A stretch of DNA of 64,000 nt, taken from positions 1-64,000 of the forward strand of contig JBGCEP010000027.1 in assembly GCA_045106415.1 (NCBI GenBank). The letters run 5' to 3'. Source of the DNA: Oligoflexales bacterium (lineage in GTDB: Bacteria; Bdellovibrionota_B; Oligoflexia; Oligoflexales; Bog-1112). Positions 49,611-59,711 of the stretch are shown one piece after another (positions within the stretch are counted from its first letter, which is position 1; each line of letters starts with the position of its first letter). The notes under the pieces were generated by a model, which was not told the DNA's origin, ran no database searches, and worked only from the letters and a program-made list of their open reading frames with translations. The translations under genes were made by a program, and so were the position numbers.

Positions 49611-50894
49611 AAACCTTCCTACTAACGAAGAAGATTTCATTTTTTTTGCTTCGTCTTTTAATTTCAGGAGATCACAGTTTTGAATTCCTGCTTTTAAGCA
49701 TTTTTCTTTTTCTTCTTGAAATGAAGTTGCAAAAATCCCAGGGTCATCACTCCCTAAGCACAAGAGGACATCTTCATCTATAAATCTTGTAATTGGATGG
49801 TGAGCCAAAGAAGCGATCCCACCCAGCATCATATTTGAAGTAAGACACGTTTCAATCACTGTTTGATTTTTTCGTATTAAAGAAAAAACAGCATTCTGAA
49901 ACCTATTAAGATCTTCTTTAACTTTTTTGTCATAAACCTTTTCAAAAAAACCTGGCAGATAAGCAATTTCATGAAGCTCTTTTAGAATATCTTTTCGACT
50001 GAAAAAATACCCATGCTCCATCAAAAGGGTTTGATTTTTTAATAGCCACAATAAATGGAAACGCCATTCTTTATAAGACTCAAGCATTTTAAGTGGCAAA
50101 GATTGAGGGTTGAGCCCTAGATATGTCGCATGACCCATCCTATGTACCCCTATAAGGGAGGCTTCAGCTATCCTGCGAACAGACGAGTGAGGGCTTAATG
50201 TGAGGCTCGTTTCTCCAACATGATACAGTATAGCTAAAGCATTTTGAGTATCATCATTATCTTTATGGACCTGATCTAAGAATCTTTTTTTTTCATGGGG
50301 GGGCCACTCTTCTTCAGCTCCACAAAAATCAATTCCCGTTAAATATTTTTTCAGAGTAGAATCAGCTGATTTTTGCCAATTTTTAATCCACTCATATTGT
50401 TTTTTTAGATACCTATGATCTCTCGGTAAAGAAATCGCTAACGTTGGTGTAAAATTTTGACTCACAACCCTAGCGAACTCCCTTAATAGGTCATTAAGAT
50501 AAGACTCTGCCTGTTGCTCACTCACTCCAGGTGGCAACGGCATACGAAGCTCAACATGCGATAAATACTTCTCTTGCTCAATTCTTTCCAACACACAACG
50601 CGCGACAGCACTAGCATCAAAAACAGCTGGTAGCACAGCAATCATCAGGTTAAAGCAAGACTGAAAACGACTAAAACTTCCTGGGGAAGTAAATAAAAAA
50701 TCTTCCTTTAAAAGACCCTCATGACTCTTTAACCAATAATTTTGCCATTGTGGTTGTCGGCCCCAAGCTTGCATATACTCACGCTCATACCAGCTCAGGC
50801 GATCCATACGTTTTCGCCATCTTGATTGCCCTAATTCATACACATCAGATGAGGTCAGGTAACCATATAAATGGGCATGAAGATCGATATCCAT
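49605..50894 (-). CDS. Adenosine/AMP deaminase family protein
   Basis: DLHAH, GIDFCG-x-E, HVGE, RMGHA, ETCLTSN, SDDPG. Confidence 0.88.
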   Translation of the reverse strand: MDIDLHAHLYGYLTSSDVYELGQSRWRKRMDRLSWYEREYMQAWGRQPQWQNYWLKSHEGLLKEDFLFTSPGSFSRFQSCFNLMIAVLPAVFDASAVARCVLERIEQEKYLSHVELRMPLPPGVSEQQAESYLNDLLREFARVVSQNFTPTLAISLPRDHRYLKKQYEWIKNWQKSADSTLKKYLTGIDFCGAEEEWPPHEKKRFLDQVHKDNDDTQNALAILYHVGETSLTLSPHSSVRRIAEASLIGVHRMGHATYLGLNPQSLPLKMLESYKEWRFHLLWLLKNQTLLMEHGYFFSRKDILKELHEIAYLPGFFEKVYDKKVKEDLNRFQNAVFSLIRKNQTVIETCLTSNMMLGGIASLAHHPITRFIDEDVLLCLGSDDPGIFATSFQEEKEKCLKAGIQNCDLLKLKDEAKKMKSSSLVGRFL

Positions 50895-50903
50895 AACACC
50901 ACC

Positions 50904-52526
50904 TTAAAAAGTCAGTTGAATATCTTTTGCAACAAGGGACACACTGGTTTTACCTTGCCACTCATTGCGACTGGGCTGCACCAAGAATTGCGCTTTAGAT
51001 CCAGGGGTCGGATCAAGCACTTCGTGAAAAAACATTATTTTACGTCCACTCTGTGTCCATAAAGCTGTATGAGTGGGTTTTTGTGTTTTTCGATCTTTAT
51101 AATGTTGCACTTTTTGAATTTCAGCGTTCAAACAAAATTCAGGGGCTTCAAAACCATGACCAAAAGGCCTCAGACTATCCAAAGTCTCTAACAGAGTTTC
51201 ATCTAAAAGGTGATCTGGTAACAAACAATCATATGAAGCTCGGCTCTCCCACAAAGCTATATCTTTCTGTTTTTTCTCTTGTCCTATTTTTTGTAATTTT
51301 TCCATGAGTGGTTTTTCATTTTCAGGAAGAAAAGAAAAACCTCCTGCTGCTGAGTGACCACCAAATCCCACAAAATACTCTTTGCACTGAGACATCATGT
51401 CAGTCACGTCTAAATCAGGGATGCTACGAGCAGATCCTCGACAGATATCAGCTCCTCTATGAAATAACCAAACAGGTTTCCAAAGTTCATCAGCCAGACG
51501 GCCTGCTGCGATCCCAACAACTCCAGGATGCCAGTCTCCACCTTGAAAAACAATCGCCTCTTCTGACTTCGTGGCTGCTTGTGCTTTTGCTTCTGCAACG
51601 ATACGTTTCTGAAAAACCTTTCTTTTCTCGTTGCACTCTTCCATATGCTGAATCAGTTCAGATGGATCCTCAGATAAAAAAGCTTCAACCACGGCATTTG
51701 CATCTTCTAAACGTCCCACAGCATTAATACGAGGCCCTAAACGAAAGCCCACATCTTGTTCTTGAACACCCTGGACTTTACATGCTTCTAAAAGTTTTCG
51801 TAACACAGGACGACGACTCTTCATTAAAGTCTTCACCCCTGTTTGAACAAGTCTATGATTCACCCCTCCCAGAGGAACGACATCACAAATTGTTGCCATA
51901 GCAGTAATTGCTAATAAATCCGACCAGACCTCCAGAGCAACCTCGAAGTCTTGCCCTAAACGCCGCAGTAACACAAACGTCACACCACAACCGCACAGCT
52001 GTTGATACATAGGATCTGGATGAGTTTGAGGGTTTAAAATAATACAATCAGGCATATTCTCAGATTGTATTTTATGATGATCGGTACAAATAAAATCAAC
52101 ACCTCGCTCACGGCACCATTGAGCTTCTTCATTTGCTGTAATCCCTGTATCCATAGTCACAACAATATTAGCCTGCTGTTCCTCAACAAGGTAACGAACA
52201 GCGCTTAAGTTAACACCGTAGCCTTCTCTTTGACGGTGTGGGATATAGTGGATATAATTTTTAAAGCCAATCGCCTGAAAAAACCAAATCCAAGACACAC
52301 AGCTCATAGTTCCATCAACGTCATAATCTGCATACAGTGCAATTCTTTGATTGTTTTGAATACCAGTCCGTATTTTTTGGTAAGCATCTTCTAGGCCGAA
52401 ATTGCCATAATCGAGCTGCCCTGCTGGTTGAAAATTTCGGTTTTTCTCAATGATTCTTCGAACATCTTCATAATTCTGAGGAATTTCATTTGATCGTGAA
52501 AGCCAATGTTGATATTTTTGCCCCAT
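50904..52526 (-). CDS. recJ: ssDNA-specific exonuclease RecJ
   Basis: DYDVDG, DTG, TDHH, DVVPL, GPRINAVGRL, GSARS, GGH, PFG. Confidence 0.95.
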   Translation of the reverse strand: MGQKYQHWLSRSNEIPQNYEDVRRIIEKNRNFQPAGQLDYGNFGLEDAYQKIRTGIQNNQRIALYADYDVDGTMSCVSWIWFFQAIGFKNYIHYIPHRQREGYGVNLSAVRYLVEEQQANIVVTMDTGITANEEAQWCRERGVDFICTDHHKIQSENMPDCIILNPQTHPDPMYQQLCGCGVTFVLLRRLGQDFEVALEVWSDLLAITAMATICDVVPLGGVNHRLVQTGVKTLMKSRRPVLRKLLEACKVQGVQEQDVGFRLGPRINAVGRLEDANAVVEAFLSEDPSELIQHMEECNEKRKVFQKRIVAEAKAQAATKSEEAIVFQGGDWHPGVVGIAAGRLADELWKPVWLFHRGADICRGSARSIPDLDVTDMMSQCKEYFVGFGGHSAAGGFSFLPENEKPLMEKLQKIGQEKKQKDIALWESRASYDCLLPDHLLDETLLETLDSLRPFGHGFEAPEFCLNAEIQKVQHYKDRKTQKPTHTALWTQSGRKIMFFHEVLDPTPGSKAQFLVQPSRNEWQGKTSVSLVAKDIQLTF

Positions 52527-52650
52527 GTTTTTTCCTCATTTAGCACTCAAAAAACAGGGACATCATGACAGAGGATTCAGGCTCAGACAATACAATCATA
52601 AAAAGCCTTCAACTATAAAGTCACCATCACCTCAAAGAACATATAAACTT

Positions 52651-53517
52651 CTAGAGTCTTGAGCATGACTCTAGAATATCAATATCTGAAGACATTGTTG
52701 AAGCCCTAGAACCTCTTTTCACAAAGTTCATTAAAAGATTCGACACTTGCCGGAAATCAGAGGGTATTTTAACCATAAAAAGTGTCCTACTATCAGAGTG
52801 TTCGGATCGTTGTTTACAAAAAGAACCATAGCCAAACCCCCAAGGTGAAGCGACTTCATACGGCTTCTCCCTAAAATGTGAGGCCATCGCTCCTTCAGGC
52901 CTTGGCCTCAGACATTTTTTCTCCAAAAAACCTTGTCTACTTACATGAAAATGATAATCACCAGCTCTTATATCTTCAGGTTCTTCGTATTTATAAGCAG
53001 CAAAACCTATTCCGGTGTGCAATGGAAAAAGAGCACGTCGAGATTTATACCGTCTTCCTAATGGTGTTTTCATAATCTTAGTTTGATATCCACACGTCAA
53101 AGCAAGGCCCAACCCAAACGTACACCCTCGCCTGGTGACACTCTGTACTTGCAGTTTTTTTCGTTGAAAAGAAAGCAGCTGTAGCACCTCAGTGTAACGA
53201 ACATCTTTTTGTGACAGGTTTTTCAAAAATTCAAAATGCGCACCACGAGGGCTCTCTATTCCCCTAAAATCTTGCAGCCGTTTAGCACAAGAGTTTGCTG
53301 CTGCTTCATATGAGGTCCGCGTATCGACAGTCAAAAAAAGATACTCCAAACCAACACGGACAGATTCTCCTTCATCGTACTGGTCTTCAATCATTTCAGC
53401 CGCACATTCAAGCAAATCGACATAATGAACATCCGCTAAAGCGGATGAAGCATCAGCGCCAATAGCAACAGGTGAAAACCAGAACATATAAAAATAAAAA
53501 ATATATTTTTTAAACAT
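52651..53517 (-). CDS. Hypothetical secreted protein
   Basis: Signal-like N-terminus; no motif recognised. Confidence 0.55.
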   Translation of the reverse strand: MFKKYIFYFYMFWFSPVAIGADASSALADVHYVDLLECAAEMIEDQYDEGESVRVGLEYLFLTVDTRTSYEAAANSCAKRLQDFRGIESPRGAHFEFLKNLSQKDVRYTEVLQLLSFQRKKLQVQSVTRRGCTFGLGLALTCGYQTKIMKTPLGRRYKSRRALFPLHTGIGFAAYKYEEPEDIRAGDYHFHVSRQGFLEKKCLRPRPEGAMASHFREKPYEVASPWGFGYGSFCKQRSEHSDSRTLFMVKIPSDFRQVSNLLMNFVKRGSRASTMSSDIDILESCSRL

Positions 53518-53670
53518 AAAAAATCCACACTTGCGATATCGCTAGAGTGGACTTATAACACAAGAACAAAACATTTTGTTTACTGTGTCTGTTATTTCTT
53601 TATAAACTTAACTCAAAACATCAAAGATTTTTAAAACATCTCAATTTTTCTAATGAAATTATAGAGTTTT

Positions 53671-55068
53671 TTATAAAAGCTGTTGGACACGGTTCAAACC
53701 ATTTAAAGCTGCCACTCGATAAGCTTCTGCCATAGTTGGGTAGTTAAAAGTTGTATTCACAAAATATTTTAACGTAGCTCCAGTCCCCATCACCGCTTGG
53801 CCAATGTGTAAAATTTCAGAGGCATTTTCACCGAAACAATGAATGCCATAAATTTCGAGTGTTTCTGGATTAAATAAAATTTTTAACATTCCTACTTTTT
53901 CTCCACAAACATGAGAGCGAGCAAGATGTCTAAAAGCAGAGTGTCCTACTTCGTAAGGAATTTTATGATGAGTCAGTTCTTCTTCTGTACGTCCAATGCA
54001 TGAGATTTCAGGAATTGTATAAATTCCTGAAGGAATATCTGTTGCTAGCTCATCTTTTGATGTTGGGTCAATCATATGGTTCGCTGCAAAACGCCCTTGG
54101 TCATATGCAGCACTTGCTAGGTTTGGGAAGCCCGTGACATCTCCAACTGCATAAATATGTTCTAAGTTTGTCTGGTAATGTTTATTGACTGGAATCACAC
54201 CTCGGTTCTCAATAAGTTGTACTCCTATTTCTTGCAGCCCCATATTTTGGGTGTTTCCACTACGCCCCATCGCAAAAAGAGCCACATCAGATCGCATAGT
54301 TTTGCCCGACTCGAGTTGAACCACCACTCCGTCGTTCTCTTTATAAATCTCGGCAACAGATTCATCATGCCTAATCAAAACGCCCTGGTCTCTTAAGTGA
54401 TAAGCCAAAGCATCAACAATCTCATCATCCAGAAAGCTCAGTAATTTTTTACGAGTATTCATCAGATGAACCTTAACCCCAAAAGCTCTAAAAATAGACG
54501 TATACTCACAGCCGATCACACCAGCTCCAAGGATTGTGATTGATCGCGGGTGCTTCGACATTGAAAGAATGGTATCAGAATCAAAAATACAGCTATCATC
54601 AAATGGAATATGGCTAGGCCTATAAGGCTTTGATCCCGTTGCTATTAATATTTTATCCGCTCGTAAAAGTTCTTCTTGGCCATTTTGGTTTTCGACACAA
54701 ATCGTGTGCGAGTCCACAAACTTTGCAGTCCCCGAAATCACCTCAACATTATTTCTAGCATAATGACCAACATGAACAAGAGCTTGTTCATGGCTAACTT
54801 TACGAGCTTTTTCTAACATCTGAGGCCAACGGACAGATTGGACACCTAAATCAAAAAGTCCCTCACGCCGAGCAACGACGACCCCTTTGGCCAAATGCCG
54901 CAAAGCTTTAGAGGGTATCGTCCCGTAATGAGCACAAGCACCTCCGACTTTGCCTTTTTCTACGACAGCAACTTTTAGACCGTGTTTCGTAATAGTCATT
55001 GCAGCCCCCTCTCCTCCGGGACCACTTCCTACGACAAGCACATCAAACTCTCGAAGCCTCTGACTCAA
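53671..55068 (-). CDS. sthA: Soluble pyridine nucleotide transhydrogenase
   Basis: [54 protein letters not shown]. Confidence 0.96.
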   Translation of the reverse strand: MSQRLREFDVLVVGSGPGGEGAAMTITKHGLKVAVVEKGKVGGACAHYGTIPSKALRHLAKGVVVARREGLFDLGVQSVRWPQMLEKARKVSHEQALVHVGHYARNNVEVISGTAKFVDSHTICVENQNGQEELLRADKILIATGSKPYRPSHIPFDDSCIFDSDTILSMSKHPRSITILGAGVIGCEYTSIFRAFGVKVHLMNTRKKLLSFLDDEIVDALAYHLRDQGVLIRHDESVAEIYKENDGVVVQLESGKTMRSDVALFAMGRSGNTQNMGLQEIGVQLIENRGVIPVNKHYQTNLEHIYAVGDVTGFPNLASAAYDQGRFAANHMIDPTSKDELATDIPSGIYTIPEISCIGRTEEELTHHKIPYEVGHSAFRHLARSHVCGEKVGMLKILFNPETLEIYGIHCFGENASEILHIGQAVMGTGATLKYFVNTTFNYPTMAEAYRVAALNGLNRVQQLL

Positions 55069-55130
55069 CGAATCCTCCCATTATGATGATGGGTTCATTC
55101 TAGCTTATGAGTTCTTCTCATGCACGGTTC

Positions 55131-56858
55131 TCAGCTAGGAAGATCTTCTTGTTCTCCCATAGCCCGCTGCAGTGCTGCAAAAGAGCCACCCTTTGCTATC
55201 AATTGCTCCCAACTTCCCGCTTCAACAACGCTACCTTTTTCAATCACTAAAATTTGATCACAAAGCTGTATAGTTTTAAGGCGATGAGCAATAACAAGTA
55301 GAGTCTGATTTTGTTTTTCTAAAATCGATTGCAGGTATTCCTCACTCTGCGGATCGACGGAAGAAGTTGCCTCGTCTAGAATCAGAAAAGAAGACGGCTT
55401 CATAAGGGCTCGAGCAAAAGCCACAATCTGTCTTTGCCCCTGAGAAAGGTTATCACCCCTTTCCCGAAGAACCGTCTCAAAGCCATTCGGCAAACTTTCT
55501 ATCCAAGAGCTTAAATTAAGATCAAAACACTTTTTTCTTAAAGTCACGTCATCATATAAGCCCAAAGGATCCAAATTAAATTGCAAACTCCCCTGAAACA
55601 GGACAACATCTTGCGGAACAACAGCAATTTCTCGGCGAACTGCAGCGACATCTAAATCTTTAAGATTTTGTTGCCCCCAACAGATATCTCCATCAAAACC
55701 TTCGTAGAGCTTCAAAATCAACTTCGCAAGGGTTGATTTACCACTTCCAGTTCGCCCCACAATTGCAACAGATTGCCCTTGTTTTAATTCAAACGAAACT
55801 TGATTTAAAATCTTAGGACCATCACCATATTGAAACGAAACATTTTTAAAACTTAATTGGCAATTCGAGCCAATAAGAGCTTGATCCCCTTTCACAAATT
55901 CTTCGTGATCAAATAAACCATAAATTCTCTCTAAAGCAGTCAAAGCACTCTGCAAAGAGGCAACCAACGACCCTAATTGCTTCAACGGCAAAAACATATC
56001 TTGTTGATAACGTACAAACGCAATCAAAACACCAGCGCTCATATCAAAGGAGAGAACATCTGCAAGCAACCACAAACTCACGCCCAACGTCACAGCAAAA
56101 CCACCATCTAAAACAGCAAATAAACCTGCATCAAGAACAACAGATTTCATTTGTGCATTCCGATAATCTTCTGCTCGTTCACGATACCAAGTAGACACCG
56201 ATGTTGCCGCAGCTAAAACCTTAACCGCAACGACTCCATATAAAGCTTCTTGTGCAAAAGCATGCATCACAGCTATTTTTTTACGCGCCAGAAGAGTCGT
56301 CTTTCTTAGCATTACACTAAAAAATCTTACAATAAAACCAAAACATAAAACCCAAAAAAGAGAGATAAACATCAACCTGTGATCTAACCACCATAGCCCT
56401 AAAAGGCAACCTAGTAGCTGTGTTAAGTCAACAATAGCATTCAATAAACCAGACCCTATAGACTCACTCAATTGGTCAAAATCACTTGTTGTTCTGGTCA
56501 CCAAAGTCCCACTTTGAGTGCGGTCATGATACGACAGACGTAACTTCAATAGATGTTGCATCATCTTTTTTCTAAGATCTCGAATCACGCAAAAAACAAC
56601 TTTACCACTTGCCACAGAACGGATCAGTTGGGAAAAAAAACGAATAAAAACCAAACCCAACATCAGCGATCCAACTTGCATCACAACATCAAGTTCACCA
56701 GCTAAAATTCCTTGATCAATCACATATTGCAATAATAGGGGTTGAATACTCACCACTACAGCACTTATTGGGACCATAGCCACCGTCAAAAAGATAAGCA
56801 TCTTATAGTGACGCGCATCATTCCATAGCCTAGAAAACAGAATAAAATCACGTTTCAT
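55131..56858 (-). CDS. ABC exporter, fused TMD-NBD (MdlB-like)
   Basis: GRTGSGKST, LSQGQRQ, LDEATS. Confidence 0.92.
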   Translation of the reverse strand: MKRDFILFSRLWNDARHYKMLIFLTVAMVPISAVVVSIQPLLLQYVIDQGILAGELDVVMQVGSLMLGLVFIRFFSQLIRSVASGKVVFCVIRDLRKKMMQHLLKLRLSYHDRTQSGTLVTRTTSDFDQLSESIGSGLLNAIVDLTQLLGCLLGLWWLDHRLMFISLFWVLCFGFIVRFFSVMLRKTTLLARKKIAVMHAFAQEALYGVVAVKVLAAATSVSTWYRERAEDYRNAQMKSVVLDAGLFAVLDGGFAVTLGVSLWLLADVLSFDMSAGVLIAFVRYQQDMFLPLKQLGSLVASLQSALTALERIYGLFDHEEFVKGDQALIGSNCQLSFKNVSFQYGDGPKILNQVSFELKQGQSVAIVGRTGSGKSTLAKLILKLYEGFDGDICWGQQNLKDLDVAAVRREIAVVPQDVVLFQGSLQFNLDPLGLYDDVTLRKKCFDLNLSSWIESLPNGFETVLRERGDNLSQGQRQIVAFARALMKPSSFLILDEATSSVDPQSEEYLQSILEKQNQTLLVIAHRLKTIQLCDQILVIEKGSVVEAGSWEQLIAKGGSFAALQRAMGEQEDLPS

Positions 56859-58485
56859 AAAGGTGATCTTTCATAAGACTATGATCATGCAGCCTATAAA
56901 CAGTTTCACATTTTTTCAATACAGATTCCCTTGAAGAAACAATCAGCACACTGGCACCTGTTGCAAAAATATTATCCATAAGTACTTGGCTTGTTTTTTC
57001 ATCAACCGCTGACATGACATCATCAAAAATAAACAACTCAGGCTTTCTTAAAAAAGCCCTTGCAAGAGCAAGTCGCTGCCTCTGCCCTCCAGATAGACGA
57101 ACACCGTCTTCACCAATACGAGTATCCCAGCCGTTCTCAAACTCTTGGATATCTTCTAAAAATGAAGCTTTTTCAGCAGCCTTCAAACACTCAGTGTGCT
57201 CTGCTTTATAACCCCACAAAACATTTTCCCGTATCGTACCAGAAAACAAATGAGTCCCCTGCAGCACGTAGCCTATGCTCTTTCTAAGTTCACATGGTTC
57301 TAAGGATAAAACGTCTTGCCCTTTATAGAAAACTTTACCTACTGGAGGGTCATACAGTCTTGTCAAACAATGCAAAAGAGTTGTTTTCCCTGATCCGATT
57401 TCTCCATAAATACCAACACAGCTGTTCTTATTTACAGAAAAAGAAATATTTTCAAAAACAGTATTCACACCCCACTTATGAGTTAAACCACATACTTCAA
57501 GAAGCGGTTCAATAGGGGCCTTTCGTCTACTTACAAGCTGTTTTTCTATAGGTGCATCATGAATAACATGTAACCTCTGCAAAGCCACTTGAAGACGTTG
57601 ATAAATTCCAAATAAAATTCCCATAGCAGTCAGAGGAAACGCAAGCAATGCTATAAATTGATCAAAAGCAAGAATATCTCCTACCGTTAATCTCCCCTGC
57701 AACACGAGATATCCCCCATACCAAACGATCAAAACTTGCGCTAACTGTGCAAAAAGTGTCATGAGAGGATAAATAATACTGTTGAGCATGAGGTCTTTCA
57801 TCTGTGCTTGGTATAGACGCTCTGTACTTGCACCATTTTGACTAAGAAAGCTCGCTTCCAATTGACATGACTGAATCACTTGCACATGTGAATACATTTC
57901 CGTCACACCATCTGAAATTTTCCCTAATGCTTCTTGTTTTTGTTTTGCAGCTACAAAAACAAATGGAATACCAAGACGCCCCACAACCAAAATACAAAAG
58001 ACAGGAATTAAACAGACGGCTGCTAACTCAAAGCTCACCTGAAACATCTTATACAGCGCCTGACTCGCCAGTGCGCTCAAATTAAAGAACTGCAAGACTC
58101 CAAATGCTAAAAACACTCGGACATGATTCACATCATTTGAAAGCCTAGACAGCAAATCGCCACGCGTATGAGATTCAAAAAATGAAAGCGGTAAATTCAA
58201 GAGCCTCGTAAACAAATTCGACCGCAAATCCGTCTCAACACAACGACCTGGCCAAAAAAAGAAAACTCTAGAAAAAAAACGAAAGACAACAAGGAGTAAA
58301 CCTAACGCAACAATAGACTGAACTTCACAACTTTGAACCTGTGTGCATTGCTCTATTTGATTTACAATTTGGGAGATAGCTACAGGAATAGAAACAGCCA
58401 GCCAAGCTGTGAACAAAAGGGATCCGAAGCCTAGGACGTACCAATACCAGTACGGAAGCACAAAACTTCGGACCCATTTTTCCAT
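56848..58485 (-). CDS. ABC exporter, fused TMD-NBD (MdlA-like, degenerate site)
   Basis: GEIGSGKTT, LSGGQRQR, FDD (non-canonical Walker B), VSSR switch. Confidence 0.92.
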   Translation of the reverse strand: MEKWVRSFVLPYWYWYVLGFGSLLFTAWLAVSIPVAISQIVNQIEQCTQVQSCEVQSIVALGLLLVVFRFFSRVFFFWPGRCVETDLRSNLFTRLLNLPLSFFESHTRGDLLSRLSNDVNHVRVFLAFGVLQFFNLSALASQALYKMFQVSFELAAVCLIPVFCILVVGRLGIPFVFVAAKQKQEALGKISDGVTEMYSHVQVIQSCQLEASFLSQNGASTERLYQAQMKDLMLNSIIYPLMTLFAQLAQVLIVWYGGYLVLQGRLTVGDILAFDQFIALLAFPLTAMGILFGIYQRLQVALQRLHVIHDAPIEKQLVSRRKAPIEPLLEVCGLTHKWGVNTVFENISFSVNKNSCVGIYGEIGSGKTTLLHCLTRLYDPPVGKVFYKGQDVLSLEPCELRKSIGYVLQGTHLFSGTIRENVLWGYKAEHTECLKAAEKASFLEDIQEFENGWDTRIGEDGVRLSGGQRQRLALARAFLRKPELFIFDDVMSAVDEKTSQVLMDNIFATGASVLIVSSRESVLKKCETVYRLHDHSLMKDHLYET

Positions 58486-58511
58486 GACATACCGCTTATG
58501 GAAGTGGTGTT

Positions 58512-58540
58512 AAAACCTTGAAAAAGACATCCAAGGTTTT
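58512..58540 (-). terminator. Terminator-like hairpin after rplX
   Basis: aaaaccttg...caaggtttt inverted repeat just past the stop. Confidence 0.5.
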
Positions 58541-58545
58541 TCTGA

Positions 58546-58869
58546 TCAAACAGTTTGACCAGATGCTTTTGCAAAGCGAACTTTTTTATCATCCTCAACC
58601 CTGAAACCAAGACGAGTTGGCTTACCAGATTTAGGATCGGCGAACGCCACGTTGCTGATATGTATAGACATAACTTTGTCTACGATTCCACCAGTTTGGC
58701 CACCAGTTGGTTTTTGGTGACGCTTGCGAACGTTTACACCACCAACGAAAACTCTTGATTTTTCAAAATCAACGCGATCAACGGTTCCGCTTTCGCCTTT
58801 GCAACTACCTGCAACAACCACGACCTTATCACCCTTACGGATGCGCGTTTTTTGAATAGCGTCTGACAT
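58546..58869 (-). CDS. rplX: 50S ribosomal protein L24
   Basis: IRKGDKVVVVAG-x-x-KG KOW, GVN-x-x-KRHQKP, GGIV, IHISNV, KKVR. Confidence 0.96.
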   Translation of the reverse strand: MSDAIQKTRIRKGDKVVVVAGSCKGESGTVDRVDFEKSRVFVGGVNVRKRHQKPTGGQTGGIVDKVMSIHISNVAFADPKSGKPTRLGFRVEDDKKVRFAKASGQTV

Positions 58870-59218
58870 TGACTGCTCCTACGCGTCTTCTTATAGACTA
58901 CAAAATCTTGCCATCCATCGACAAGATAGGTGGCATTTGTACACGACAGAATCAGCTAAGTCAAGATAGATAATCGGGCTATCTACTACGATGAGAGATT
59001 GGGACAAGATTCCTTATTAAAAACGATAAGATAACAACACCCACATACTCACATCACATAAATCACATACCTGAGCACTTTATTCACAAAACAGACTCAG
59101 TAAAATCAACCCCACCAACGGTAAGCAACTTTTGAGCCTGATCATCATTGAACACGCTAAAATTTAAAGCACAGAGTTTAGTGACGTTTTAAGACAAAGA
59201 AACCTCATGAACCCTACT

Positions 59219-59569
59219 TTATAGGTTCTTACCATCATGAGCTCTTACCTCAAAATCTTTCCATTCAAAGTCTTCTAAGCATCTGACGTTAATGCCCATT
59301 AGCTTATTTCCTTCTTTGTCCTCCCCACACGCGAAAGTCTCTATCCCACATTTTTGACAAAACTTGTGCGTTAATTTTTTTTGACCGAATTGATATTCCG
59401 ACATTCTTACCTTTTCTTTTTCAAAATGCACAGATGAAGCTGGTATAAAAATCCACAATGAACCAAGTTTATGGCAAATCGTACAGTTGCATTCTAAAAG
59501 AGATGTGATTTCTGTCTCAAACTGAAACGCAACTTCACCACAATGACATCGACCTTTAAAAAGAGACAT
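59219..59569 (-). CDS. GFA/CENP-V family protein
   Basis: G-x-CHCG, CNCTIC, FCQKCG, INVRCL. Confidence 0.93.
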   Translation of the reverse strand: MSLFKGRCHCGEVAFQFETEITSLLECNCTICHKLGSLWIFIPASSVHFEKEKVRMSEYQFGQKKLTHKFCQKCGIETFACGEDKEGNKLMGINVRCLEDFEWKDFEVRAHDGKNL

Positions 59570-59711
59570 AAAAACAAACTCCTTACAAAATAAAACCAAA
59601 AATGTCTAAATCAACAAATAGTTACAGACACCAAATCAAGCTTCAACGGATTCACTCTCATCACTTTTTTTGATATGATAAAACCATCATTTTTAAACCA
59701 AGGTATGCCAT

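Noticed and set aside
49605..50894. RADAR defence system
   Set aside because: No RdrA-type ATPase is adjacent, and the deaminase is much shorter than RdrB.
55077..55093. Hairpin overlapping the sthA RBS (possible thermometer)
   Set aside because: Short stem with a mismatch; expected by chance.
58980..59150. Short signal-peptide-like ORF (MMIRLKSCLPLVGLILLSLFCE*) and cacata repeats
   Set aside because: Too short and low-complexity to support a call.
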